A stretch of DNA of 64,000 nucleotides from Novosphingobium sp. GTDB taxonomy: Bacteria > Pseudomonadota > Alphaproteobacteria > Sphingomonadales > Sphingomonadaceae. Of the stretch, positions 1-9,630 are shown piece by piece (the stretch's first letter is position 1; each line of letters starts with the position of its first letter). The translations under genes and the position numbers were made by a program. A model generated the notes under the pieces. The model made no database searches and was not told where the DNA came from. It saw only the letters and a list, made by a program, of their open reading frames with translations. Where the stretch lies: contig JAWKXX010000017.1 of assembly GCA_041396785.1 (NCBI GenBank), positions 22,360-86,359 on the forward strand, written 5' to 3'.

Positions 1-569
1 GCAAGTGCATTGCAGCGATGCGCGAAGCGCTGCCCGCCGATGCGATCCTGTGCAACGGATCGGGCAATTTCGCCATGTGGTGGCACCGCTACTGGCATTT
101 CGACCATTTCCCGTCGCAACTGAGCCCGGCGTGCGGCGCGATGGGCTATGGCGTTCCGGCGGCTGTGGCCGCGGCACGACGCTTTCCCGAGCGCTGCGTC
201 GTCGCGCTTGCCGGCGACGGCGATTTCCTGATGAACGGGCAGGAACTGGCAACGGCCGCGCAATATGGCTGCGACATTCTCGCGATCGTCGTCGACAATA
301 GCGGTTACGGCACGATCCGCATGCACCAGGAGCGCACCTTCCCCGGCCGCGTCTCGGGTACGGAACTGAAAAGCCCGGATTTTGCCGCATTGGGGCGTGC
401 CTATGGCGCCTGGGCAATGCGTGTGGAGAAGACAGCGGACTTCGCGCCTGCCCTGGCAGAAGCTCAGGCGCGCAAAGGGCTAAGGCTGCTTCACCTGGTT
501 ACGGACATGGAATTCATCAGTGCCAGTGGACACACCATAACCAGCCTCAGGAACGGAAACTCAGGCTGA
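1..569 (+). CDS. Thiamine pyrophosphate-binding protein (acetolactate synthase-like), 5'-truncated by window edge
   Basis: C-terminal TPP-binding motifs GAMGYGVPAA and GDGDFLM...VVDNSGYG. Confidence 0.85.
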   Translation, partial: KCIAAMREALPADAILCNGSGNFAMWWHRYWHFDHFPSQLSPACGAMGYGVPAAVAAARRFPERCVVALAGDGDFLMNGQELATAAQYGCDILAIVVDNSGYGTIRMHQERTFPGRVSGTELKSPDFAALGRAYGAWAMRVEKTADFAPALAEAQARKGLRLLHLVTDMEFISASGHTITSLRNGNSG

Positions 570-986
570 TTTCTCCGACAGGGCGATAATGTAGTCCCAC
601 TCCTTGGGTGTGATTTCTGCAACGGAGAGCCGCCCCAGCCTCACGAGTTCGATGCCTTCCAGCTTGGGATCTGCCTTGATTTCCTGGAGCGTCACTGGCC
701 GCTTGAGCTTTTTCACCGGCTTGACCTTCACGGTATGCCACTTGCCCTCCGGATCGGTCGGATCGGTGATACCCGCCTTGCTGACGCGCACGATCCCTAC
801 GATCTCCTTGCCGATGTTGGAGTGGTAGAAGAAGGCTTGCTCGCCCACCTGCATGTCGCGCATGTTATTCGAGGCGCGGTGATTTCGCACGCCGTCCCAC
901 ACCGCTTCCTTTTCCGCGACGAGGTCGTCCCAGCTGTATGCGTTGGGCTCCGATTTCATCAACCAGTAACGCTTGTTCTTGCTCAT
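561..986 (-). CDS. EVE domain-containing protein
   Basis: YWLMKSEP...WDGVRN..A...FFYHS signature. Confidence 0.9.
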   Translation of the reverse strand: MSKNKRYWLMKSEPNAYSWDDLVAEKEAVWDGVRNHRASNNMRDMQVGEQAFFYHSNIGKEIVGIVRVSKAGITDPTDPEGKWHTVKVKPVKKLKRPVTLQEIKADPKLEGIELVRLGRLSVAEITPKEWDYIIALSEKSA

Positions 987-1047
987 GCACCGCCTTCCAA
1001 ATATCGCTGGCGTTTAGCCATAATCGCAGTTGCCGGATCGCGCCACC

Positions 1048-1983
1048 ATGGACCTTGCCACTCTTCCCGTTCTCCGGCTCGACGACGACCCTGCCCGGCT
1101 GGCCGAGGATATCGGCGAAAGCTTCCGCGCCTTCGGCTTCGCCATGGTCGGAAATCACGGGATCGATGCCGATCTGATCGCGCGGGCCTGGCGGCTGACC
1201 CGCGAGTTCTTCGCCCTGCCGGAGGCGGAAAAGCGCAGCTACGCGATCGAGGGCATCTCCGGTGCGCGAGGCTATATCCCCTTCGGCACGGAGGTGGCCA
1301 AAGGCGCGACCGAGCACGACCTGAAGGAATTCTGGCACATCGGGCGCGACCTGCCGCCCGGCCACCCGCTGTCTGGATCGATGCCGCCCAACGTCTTGCC
1401 TGCCCGGCCGGAAGGATTTCGCGAAACCTTTTCCCGGCTCTTCGCGGAATTCGATCGCGTCGGCACGATCATACTATCGCGCATCGCCGTCGATCTCGGC
1501 CTGTCGCCGGACTGGTTCGAGCCGGCGATCGCCGACGGCAATTCGGTGCTGCGGCTGCTGCACTATCCGCCGATTCCGGAAAGCGCCGGCAATGCGATCC
1601 GCGCCGGCGCGCATGAAGACATCAACCTCATCACCCTTCTCCTGGGCGCGGAGGAGTCCGGCCTGGAGCTTCTCGGCAAGGACGGCAACTGGATCCCGGT
1701 TTCTCCGCCCGAGGGTGCGATGGTCGTCAATATCGGCGACATGCTCCAGCGGCTGACCAACCATGTGCTGCCTTCGACCACCCATCGCGTGCGCAATCCG
1801 CAAGGAGAAAAGGCAGGCATCAGCCGCTATTCGATGCCCTTCTTCCTTCACCTGCGGAGCGATTTTCGGTTCCGGACGCTCCCGCAATGCATAGCGGCCG
1901 ACAATCCGGATCGTTACCCCGTATCAATCACCGCCGATGACTATCTGCAGGAACGTTTGCGCGAGATCGGCCTGAGGAAATAG
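1048..1983 (+). CDS. Isopenicillin N synthase-family 2OG-Fe(II) oxygenase
   Basis: DLKE, LRLLHYP, HxD (AHED), STTHRV, RYS motifs. Confidence 0.9.
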   Translation: MDLATLPVLRLDDDPARLAEDIGESFRAFGFAMVGNHGIDADLIARAWRLTREFFALPEAEKRSYAIEGISGARGYIPFGTEVAKGATEHDLKEFWHIGRDLPPGHPLSGSMPPNVLPARPEGFRETFSRLFAEFDRVGTIILSRIAVDLGLSPDWFEPAIADGNSVLRLLHYPPIPESAGNAIRAGAHEDINLITLLLGAEESGLELLGKDGNWIPVSPPEGAMVVNIGDMLQRLTNHVLPSTTHRVRNPQGEKAGISRYSMPFFLHLRSDFRFRTLPQCIAADNPDRYPVSITADDYLQERLREIGLRK

Positions 1984-2084
1984 ACGGTTTCCGCGGCTTG
2001 GCGACGGCGCCAGCTTTCTGCCGGCCAGCCAAAGGTTCTATGCTTAACGGAAATTTCAGACCGAAATTCTAAGAATGGCCCTTC

Positions 2085-3818
2085 TTGCATAAGGGGCCAT
2101 CCGCCTTGACGAAGACCAGATTCGCGCTTGGAAAACGCCGCGATCGCAAGGCATCCAGCATCGGCAGTGCCGAGCGCGACGTCGTTGCGCTTGGAGTTGC
2201 GACTGCCGCGATCATCCTGTTTGTCGGGACAGGCGGGGCCGTCGTCCCGCAAGTGGTCCGGTCGCTGGCGGGCTACGGGCTCGGTCCGGACAAGATACTG
2301 GTCAATGCCCTGCTGCTGAACATCGCGCTGATCGTTTTCGGCTGGCGCCGCTACCGACAGCTTCTCGAGGAAGTCGAAGAACGTCGCAAAGCCGAGGAAC
2401 AGGCGCGAATCCTCGCCGAAACGGATTCGCTGACGGGCTGCCTCAACCGGCGCAGCATCAACAGCGCTGGCAATGCGATGCTGGCGGGATTGGGCACCCG
2501 AGGCCAGCGCCTCGCCTTCATGATGATTGACCTCGACAATTTCAAGCGAGTCAATGATTTCAACGGTCATAGCGCCGGCGATCTGGTCTTGCAGCAATGC
2601 GCCAAGCGGATCGCCAAACTGCTGCCCGAACAGTCCCTGATGGCCCGGATCGGCGGCGACGAATTCGCTATCGTCGTTCCTTTCGAGAAATCACGCGTAC
2701 AGACCATAGACCAGCTGGCTGCAGCGATCGTCGAACACATCTCCAAGGTCCTGGAAATAAACGGAGTCAGTGTCGAAGTGACCGCCTCGCTCGGCATTGC
2801 CGACAATGACATGGGACGTCGTCCAGACGGGAGTGCGGCCGACGCCGAGACATTTCTGCACATGGCCGATATCGCGATGTACCAGGCCAAGAAGCAAGGG
2901 CGGAACCATTATCTCTGGTTCGAGGACGCGATGGAGAGCGAACTGCGATTCCGCAGCGAAATCGAGGCCGGGATACGCCGTGGCATCCCGCTGGGCGAAT
3001 TCGTACCGTACTACCAGCAACAGATAGACTTGCAGACCGGCGAGCTGACGGGTTTCGAGATGCTGGCACGATGGAACTCGCCGACGCTTGGCGTGGTAAA
3101 GCCGGACACCTTCATTCCCGTCGCCGAAGCGATCGGCGCAATTGGCGAATTGTCCGAAAGCGTCATCGCGCAGGCACTCGAGGATGCAAAGGACTGGGAT
3201 TCGCACCTGACCCTCGCTGTCAACATCTCTCCCCTGCAGCTTCGCGATCCGTGGTTCGCGCAAAAGCTTCTGCACCTGTTGACCCAAGCCAATTTTCCGC
3301 CGAAGCGCCTGGAAATCGAGATCACCGAGAGCTGCCTGCACGAAAATTTCGGCGTGGCGCGCACACTGATCTCCAGCCTCCAGAACCAGGGCATCCGGGT
3401 CAGCCTCGACGATTTCGGCACCGGCTACAGCTCGATTGCCCAGCTGCGCAGCCTGCCATTCGACCGCATCAAGATCGACCGCAGCTTCGTGACGAACCTG
3501 ATCGAAAACCAGGACAGTGCGGCAATCGTCCATTCTATCGCGCTGCTCGGCCAGGGTCTCGGAATGCCGATCACCGCCGAAGGCATCGAGAGCGGTGAAG
3601 TGATGGAACAGTTGAGAAAATACGGGGAAATGAAAGGCCAGGGCTTCCTCTATGGCCAGCCACAGCCCAACACGGTGGTCCGCAACTGGCTCGCCGAACA
3701 TGATTTGCTCGAAGCGGAACAGGAGGCGGCCGTGGCGGATGCCTTGTCCGGCCCGGACGCATCGGTGGCTGCCATCGACGATCCGGCCAGCGCCCCGCGT
3801 CGGGCCGGAATCGCTTGA
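2085..3818 (+). CDS. Membrane-anchored GGDEF-EAL diguanylate cyclase/phosphodiesterase
   Basis: Two N-terminal TM segments; DLDNFKRVND, RIGGDEF; EML, DDFGTGYSS, EGIE; start codon uncertain. Confidence 0.92.
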   Translation: MHKGPSALTKTRFALGKRRDRKASSIGSAERDVVALGVATAAIILFVGTGGAVVPQVVRSLAGYGLGPDKILVNALLLNIALIVFGWRRYRQLLEEVEERRKAEEQARILAETDSLTGCLNRRSINSAGNAMLAGLGTRGQRLAFMMIDLDNFKRVNDFNGHSAGDLVLQQCAKRIAKLLPEQSLMARIGGDEFAIVVPFEKSRVQTIDQLAAAIVEHISKVLEINGVSVEVTASLGIADNDMGRRPDGSAADAETFLHMADIAMYQAKKQGRNHYLWFEDAMESELRFRSEIEAGIRRGIPLGEFVPYYQQQIDLQTGELTGFEMLARWNSPTLGVVKPDTFIPVAEAIGAIGELSESVIAQALEDAKDWDSHLTLAVNISPLQLRDPWFAQKLLHLLTQANFPPKRLEIEITESCLHENFGVARTLISSLQNQGIRVSLDDFGTGYSSIAQLRSLPFDRIKIDRSFVTNLIENQDSAAIVHSIALLGQGLGMPITAEGIESGEVMEQLRKYGEMKGQGFLYGQPQPNTVVRNWLAEHDLLEAEQEAAVADALSGPDASVAAIDDPASAPRRAGIA

Positions 3819-3916
3819 ACTGCCCTTTCCCGCCGCGGATGCCACACTGACAGGCGCCGAGGCCGGCAACGCGCCACTGGACGATGCTGGCGCGACCGCA
3901 TAGAGCGCGCACCACT

Positions 3917-4735
3917 ATGCGCGTTCCGTTCACCAAGATGCATGGACTGGGCAACGATTTCGTTGTGCTTGACGCACGGGAAGAAAGCCTTCCGCCCATG
4001 AGCGACGCATTGGCGGCGGCTCTGGCCGATCGCCATACCGGCATCGGCTGCGATCAGCTGATCGTGCTGGAACCGTCCGAGATCGCCGATCTGCGCATGC
4101 GCATTTTCAACGCCGATGGCGGCGAAGTCGAATCATGCGGCAACGCCGCCCGCGCCGTCGGCTTGCTGCACGGTGCACCGGCACGGATCGAGACAGCGGG
4201 CGGCCTGATTTCCGCCGCGCCCACCGAAACCGGCATTGCCGTCGAGATGGGCGTTCCGCGCTTCGAATGGGACAGCATTCCACTGGCCTATGCGATGGAC
4301 ACGCAGTCCATGCCGGTGGGTTGGGAGGAGCTCGAAAACCCGATCGCGGTAAATGTCGGCAACCCGCATGTGATCTTCTTCGTGGCCGATTGCGACGCGG
4401 TGGACCTCGCCCGGCTGGGCCCGTTGATCGAGCAAGACCCCCTGTTTCCCGACCGGGTCAACGTCAACGTCGCCACCGTTACCGCGCGCGATGCAGTCCG
4501 GCTGCGCGTGTGGGAGCGCGGTGCCGGCCTCACCCGCGCCTGCGGCACCGGCGCTTGCGCCACAGCGGTTGCCGCCAGCCGCCGGGGCCTTGCCGATCGG
4601 CGTGTCACTGTAACACTGCCCGGCGGCCCGTTGCTGGTCGAATGGCGCGAGGACGGTGAGATCGTCATGACCGGCCCTGCAACCGAGAGTTTTCGGGGAA
4701 GTTTCGACCCGGCCGAGTTCGGAGCCATGACATGA
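3917..4735 (+). CDS. dapF: Diaminopimelate epimerase
   Basis: FTKMHGLGNDF, CGNA, GNPH, ERGAGLTRACGTGA. Confidence 0.96.
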   Translation: MRVPFTKMHGLGNDFVVLDAREESLPPMSDALAAALADRHTGIGCDQLIVLEPSEIADLRMRIFNADGGEVESCGNAARAVGLLHGAPARIETAGGLISAAPTETGIAVEMGVPRFEWDSIPLAYAMDTQSMPVGWEELENPIAVNVGNPHVIFFVADCDAVDLARLGPLIEQDPLFPDRVNVNVATVTARDAVRLRVWERGAGLTRACGTGACATAVAASRRGLADRRVTVTLPGGPLLVEWREDGEIVMTGPATESFRGSFDPAEFGAMT

Positions 4736-5904
4736 CGGTGGAAGTGCTCTCGCTCGGCTGCCGGCTCAATATCTCCGAAAGCGAGGAACTGCGCGGCCTG
4801 CTTGCCGGCAGTCGCGACCTCGTCGTGGTCAACAGCTGCGCGGTCACATCCCAAGCCGTGCGCCAGACTCGCCAGACGATCCGCAAGGCACGCAAGGCCA
4901 ATCCCGCTGCGCGTCTCCTCGTCACCGGCTGTGCTGCCGAGGTTGAGCGCGAGATGCTGGCAACCATGCCCGAGGTCGACGGGCTCGTCGCCAACGACGC
5001 CAAGCTCGATGCGCGCGCCTGGAACGTGCCTCCGGCCCCCGAACCCGCGCCGACCCGTTATTCGCGAGCCTTCGTCCAGGTACAGAACGGCTGCGACCAC
5101 AGCTGCACCTTCTGCGTCATCCCGCAAGGCCGCGGCCCCAGCCGCTCGCGCAGCATCACCGAAGTGCTGGCGGACGTCGCGCGCCATTGCGAGGCAGGCA
5201 TCGCCGAAGTCGTGCTGACCGGCGTCGATCTCACATCATGGGGAGACGACCTGCCCGGCAGGCCTCGCCTCGGCGCGCTCACAACCGCCATCCTCCATGC
5301 CTATCCGGAAGTGAAGCGGCTGCGCCTTTCGTCAGTCGACGGCGCGGAAGTGGACGCGGAGCTGTTCGAGCTGCTTGCCGGCGAGCCCCGGATGATGCCG
5401 CATCTCCACCTGTCCCTGCAATCGGGCGACGACATGATCCTGAAACGGATGAAGCGCCGCCATTCGCGCCGCGATGCGATTGAACTGGTCGGGCGCCTGC
5501 GCGAGCGCCGTCCCGAACTCGGCCTGGGCGCGGACATGATCGCGGGGTTTCCGACCGAAGACGAAGCGATGCACCGCAACAGCCTGGCGATCATCGGTGA
5601 ACTCGGCATCGTCCATGGCCATATCTTCCCTTATTCGCCACGGCCGGGAACGCCCGCCGCACGCATGCCGCGTGTCGATCCCACTCTGGTCAAGGCACGC
5701 GCTGCCGAGCTTCGCGCCGCCGTTGCCGAAGAGCGAACGCGCTGGCTGTCCTCGCAGATCGGCGAGCCGCTGAGCGTGCTCACGGAGACCGACGGAACGG
5801 GCCATGCGGAAAACTTCGCACCGGTCCGTCTGCCGCGAGCTACGCAGCCCGGAAGGATCGTGACCGTCACACCGCAACAGATCGTCGAAGGGATGCTTGC
5901 ATGA
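4732..5904 (+). CDS. mtaB: tRNA t6A37 methylthiotransferase (MtaB-type radical SAM)
   Basis: UPF0004 cysteines (GCRLN, NSCAVT, TGCAA), CxxxCxxC (GCDHSCTFC); dapF-mtaB-ftsY synteny. Confidence 0.88.
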   Translation: MTVEVLSLGCRLNISESEELRGLLAGSRDLVVVNSCAVTSQAVRQTRQTIRKARKANPAARLLVTGCAAEVEREMLATMPEVDGLVANDAKLDARAWNVPPAPEPAPTRYSRAFVQVQNGCDHSCTFCVIPQGRGPSRSRSITEVLADVARHCEAGIAEVVLTGVDLTSWGDDLPGRPRLGALTTAILHAYPEVKRLRLSSVDGAEVDAELFELLAGEPRMMPHLHLSLQSGDDMILKRMKRRHSRRDAIELVGRLRERRPELGLGADMIAGFPTEDEAMHRNSLAIIGELGIVHGHIFPYSPRPGTPAARMPRVDPTLVKARAAELRAAVAEERTRWLSSQIGEPLSVLTETDGTGHAENFAPVRLPRATQPGRIVTVTPQQIVEGMLA

Positions 5905-6839
5905 GTTCGGAAGGCGCGCCGACCGACGCCTGGTCCCAGAAGATTTTCGGCGGGTTCCGCAAGACCTCCGAGCGGCTTTCCGGGAACCTCGCCGGGATCG
6001 TCACCAAATCCCGGCTCGACGACGCGCAGCTCGACGATCTCGAGGATGCGCTGATCCTTTCGGATCTTGGCCCCCGCGCCGCCGCACGCATCCGCGAAAA
6101 GCTCGCGGATGAGCGCTTCGAACGCGGTGTCGACGAGGATGCGATCAAGCAGGCGGTCGCCTCCGAAATCGCCGCGATCCTGCGGCCCGTCGCCAAGCCT
6201 CTGGAAATCGTTGCCTTTCCCCGTCCTCAGGTCGTCCTGGTGATCGGCGTGAACGGGTCCGGGAAGACCACGACCATCGCCAAGCTCGCACATCTCTTCC
6301 AGGAGCAAGACTATTCCGTGATGCTCGCGGCCGGAGACACCTTTCGCGCCGCCGCCATCGAGCAACTCGCGGTGTGGGCGGGACGGATCAACGTTCCGAT
6401 CATGCGCGGGCCGGAGGGAGGCGATCCGGCAAGCATCGTATTCGATGCGGTCAAGGCTGCCACGGACCAGGGCATCGACACGCTGATCGTCGATACCGCC
6501 GGCCGGCTCCAGAACAAGCGCGAGTTGATGGACGAGTTGGCCAAGATCCGCCGGGTGCTGGGGCGGCTCAACCCGGAAGCGCCTCACGACGTCGTATTGG
6601 TGCTTGACGCAACCAATGGTCAAAACGCCTTGAGTCAGATAGAGATATTCAAGGAAGTTGCAGGAGTGACCGGCCTGATCATGACCAAGCTTGATGGAAC
6701 CGCGCGTGGCGGTGTGCTGGTAGCGGCAGCTGAGCAATACGGCCTGCCGATCCACGCCATCGGCGTGGGCGAGAAAATTGACGATCTGCGTCCCTTTGAT
6801 CCCGATCTGGTCGCACGGGTCATCGCGGGAGTGGCATAA
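5901..6839 (+). CDS. ftsY: Signal recognition particle receptor FtsY
   Basis: GVNGSGKTTT, DTFRAAA, DTAGR, TKLDGTARGG. Confidence 0.96.
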   Translation: MSSEGAPTDAWSQKIFGGFRKTSERLSGNLAGIVTKSRLDDAQLDDLEDALILSDLGPRAAARIREKLADERFERGVDEDAIKQAVASEIAAILRPVAKPLEIVAFPRPQVVLVIGVNGSGKTTTIAKLAHLFQEQDYSVMLAAGDTFRAAAIEQLAVWAGRINVPIMRGPEGGDPASIVFDAVKAATDQGIDTLIVDTAGRLQNKRELMDELAKIRRVLGRLNPEAPHDVVLVLDATNGQNALSQIEIFKEVAGVTGLIMTKLDGTARGGVLVAAAEQYGLPIHAIGVGEKIDDLRPFDPDLVARVIAGVA

Positions 6840-7510
6840 TGGGCGAAATGGCTCACCCCGGAAGGCCGGATCAGACGGAAGACGAAAAGCCCAAGGCCTC
6901 CTGGATCAACCTGGTGGTCGACGTCGGCCCGCTGCTGATCTTTTTCCTTGTCTACAAGCACTTCTCGCCCGAATCCGACGAGACGGTCGGCATAGTGATG
7001 GCAGTCGTCAAGGGGACGGTAGCCTTCATGATCGCCACTGTCGTCGCGCTGATCGTCTCGAAGTGGCGATTGGGGCACATATCGCCGATGCTGTGGCTAT
7101 CCACTGTGCTGATCCTCGGCTTCGGATCGCTGACGGTAATTTTCAACGATCCGTTCTATATCCAGGTCAAGCCCACCGCGATCTATCTGCTGTTCGCGGG
7201 AGTCCTGTTCGCCGGCCTCGCCCGCGGCAAGCCGATGCTTCGCTACCTGCTGCAATCGGCTTTCGAAGGGCTCGATGAAACAGGATGGCTCAAGCTCTCG
7301 AGGAACTGGGCGATTTTTTTCCTGTTCCTTGCCGGACTGAACGAAGTCCTGCGCCAGACGCTGAGCTTCGAGGGCTGGCTCCAGGTCAAACTCTGGGGCT
7401 TCACCACGCTATCGTTCATTTTCACTTTTTCGCAAATTCCCATGGTGTTGCGCCATGGGATGGCCGCGGAAGCCAAGGAGGAAGTGGTCACCCATCCCCC
7501 ACACGAATGA
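6839..7510 (+). CDS. yciB: Inner membrane protein YciB (IspZ family)
   Basis: GPLLIFF, KPT, LNE, W..VKLWG, Q.P motifs; downstream of ftsY. Confidence 0.85.
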   Translation: MGEMAHPGRPDQTEDEKPKASWINLVVDVGPLLIFFLVYKHFSPESDETVGIVMAVVKGTVAFMIATVVALIVSKWRLGHISPMLWLSTVLILGFGSLTVIFNDPFYIQVKPTAIYLLFAGVLFAGLARGKPMLRYLLQSAFEGLDETGWLKLSRNWAIFFLFLAGLNEVLRQTLSFEGWLQVKLWGFTTLSFIFTFSQIPMVLRHGMAAEAKEEVVTHPPHE

Positions 7511-7642
7511 GTCCGGCGCTTCAGAAAATTGTGTGACAAATGCGCTTAATGGCGCAATAACCACGCCGCCGCCGAACGGCGTCCAAGAAAAGCAACTTGT
7601 TCGTTCGCATGTATGAAGCCTTCGGATTCAAAGGGGGAAGCC

Positions 7643-8215
7643 ATGGCAAAATTTTTCGGAAATCTGAATCTGGTCCTCGCCACCGGACTTGTTCTCGCAA
7701 TCATCGTGATGATGAGTTTCACGGACGTTGTCCCGGTAGACGTGAACTCGATTTTCCGCTGGTTGCACCTGTTCTTCGGTGTGCTGTGGATCGGCCTGCT
7801 CTATTACCTGAACTTCGTCCAGGTGCCGACCATGCCATCCATTCCGGCTGAACAGACCGGAGCAATCAACAAGCACATCGCGCCCAACGTGCTGTTCTAC
7901 TTCCGCTGGGCAGCGCTGCTGACCGTCGTCACCGGCCTCGTTATCGCCATCGTCAACAACTATGCCCACGAAGCGCTGACCTTTACCGGTGGGGGCAAGT
8001 ACAACCTGATCGGCGTTGGCATGTGGATGGCGATCATCATGTTCCTCAACGTCTGGGTTATCATCTGGCCGGCCCAGAAGAAGATCTTGGGCATCGTCGA
8101 CGCCAGCGACGAGGAAAAGGCCAAGGCAAGGCCGCGCGCGCTGGCTGCCAGCCGCACGAACACGTTGCTGTCGATCCCGATGATGTATTGCATGGTGAGC
8201 GCGAACCTCGGCTGA
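7643..8215 (+). CDS. PuuD-like (urate oxidase N-terminal) membrane protein without cytochrome c domain
   Basis: RWLH..G..WIG.LYY.N, FRWAA, NVW.IIWP.QKK, SRTNT motifs. Confidence 0.7.
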   Translation: MAKFFGNLNLVLATGLVLAIIVMMSFTDVVPVDVNSIFRWLHLFFGVLWIGLLYYLNFVQVPTMPSIPAEQTGAINKHIAPNVLFYFRWAALLTVVTGLVIAIVNNYAHEALTFTGGGKYNLIGVGMWMAIIMFLNVWVIIWPAQKKILGIVDASDEEKAKARPRALAASRTNTLLSIPMMYCMVSANLG

Positions 8216-8398
8216 CGGCCGGACTCGACGCTTTCAGCCAGTCGACTGTTGCACCGGACGGAGTTTCCAGATGGATCTCCGGCCGGTGCCGGCGGCTATC
8301 GACAGACTCTTGTCAATCGGCACATGGCCTCGCGCCGGCCGCCACGGCTGCACAGGACGGCGCCGGGAATCCGAAAGTCCGGCATTCGAGGATGAAGC

Positions 8399-8794
8399 AT
8401 GGCAGACAATGTCGAATTGATGCGCAAATGGCTGGATGTCTTTCCCGAAGGCGAGTTCGACGCCTTTCCGGGCGAGATCGCGCCCGATTTCGTATTCCAC
8501 CTGCCGTTCCCGCCTCCGGGCGTACCCAGCGAATTTCGCGGCAGGGAAACCGTACGCGACGTGCTCTCAAAAACTTCGGCCGGACGAAGCAGGCTGGTCA
8601 TGTCCAATATCGAGATCCATCAAACGGACGATCCCGAACTTCTGGTCGCCACAGCCAGGGGCGAAGCGACCATGGCCAACGGCAACCTTTACCGTAACAG
8701 CTATGTACTCTTCACGCGCATCCGGGACGGCGTGGTTCTGGAACACACCGAATATCTCAATCCGCTGCTGGTGATCGAAGCTGCCGACGGATAA
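8399..8794 (+). CDS. NTF2/SnoaL-like (PhzA/B-like) protein
   Basis: PF.PPG.P...GRE, Y.NSY, EY.NP pattern. Confidence 0.75.
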   Translation: MADNVELMRKWLDVFPEGEFDAFPGEIAPDFVFHLPFPPPGVPSEFRGRETVRDVLSKTSAGRSRLVMSNIEIHQTDDPELLVATARGEATMANGNLYRNSYVLFTRIRDGVVLEHTEYLNPLLVIEAADG

Positions 8795-8856
8795 GGCAGG
8801 GCGGGCGCAAGCCGGGTGCTTGCCCCCTGCCCCTGTGCCCCTGTTGCTGCCCTGCC
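8795..8856. terminator. GC-rich hairpin between convergent genes
   Basis: GGCAGGGCGG...CTGCCCTGCC inverted repeat; no clear U-tract. Confidence 0.35.
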
Positions 8857-8859
8857 GGA

Positions 8860-9480
8860 CTAACCCTGGTCGGCCCGCTCGATGCCCTTGCCGTCGAGAT
8901 TGAGGGCAACGAACTCCCAGTTGATCGCCTTCTCAAGCAGAGCGTCGAGATAAGCGGGCCGCGCATTGCGGTAGTCGATGTAATAGGCGTGCTCCCAGAC
9001 ATCGATCGTCAGCAGCGGGCTCATCCCGTCATGCGCAACCGGCGTGTCGGCATCGTGCAGCGACGTGACCTTGAGCGTATCGCCATCGAGCACCAGCCAG
9101 CCCCAGCCGCTCGCGAAGTGGCCGGCGCATTCTTGCTTGAGCTTGGACAGAAGTTCGTCCTTGGAGCCGAAATCGCGCTCGATCATCTCCTTGAGCTTGC
9201 CCGACGGTTCCTGCTGCTCGGGCGAGAGGCACTGCCAGTAGAAACTGTGATTCCAGATCTGTGCCGAGGCGTTGAACAGTTTCCGGTTTTCCGTTTCCTT
9301 TGCCTTGCGGATCACTTCCGTCAGTTTCGCACCTTCGAGCCCCGCCCCTCCCAGTTGGTCATTTGTTTGTGTTACGTAGGCGTTGTGATGCTTGCCATGA
9401 TGGAAATCGAAGGTTTCCTCGGAAATGATGTCGCCGAAGGCGTTCTTTGCATAAGGTAAATCGGGGAGGGCAAAAGCCAC
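8860..9480 (-). CDS. sodB: Fe superoxide dismutase
   Basis: HHGKHH, AQIWNHSFYW, DVWEHAYY; GTG start. Confidence 0.93.
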   Translation of the reverse strand: MAFALPDLPYAKNAFGDIISEETFDFHHGKHHNAYVTQTNDQLGGAGLEGAKLTEVIRKAKETENRKLFNASAQIWNHSFYWQCLSPEQQEPSGKLKEMIERDFGSKDELLSKLKQECAGHFASGWGWLVLDGDTLKVTSLHDADTPVAHDGMSPLLTIDVWEHAYYIDYRNARPAYLDALLEKAINWEFVALNLDGKGIERADQG

Positions 9481-9630
9481 ACTAAGTTCCTTTCGTCATG
9501 GTGAAATCAGGCCGGTATGGCCTTAACCAAGCTAGGAACCCGAGGTTCTATTTCAGGGAAATGGCGGGCGGTTTGCGACCAGCCGCACGATGGAGGGGAC
9601 GAACTGCGCAAGCGCAGGGCGGCAAGGCAG

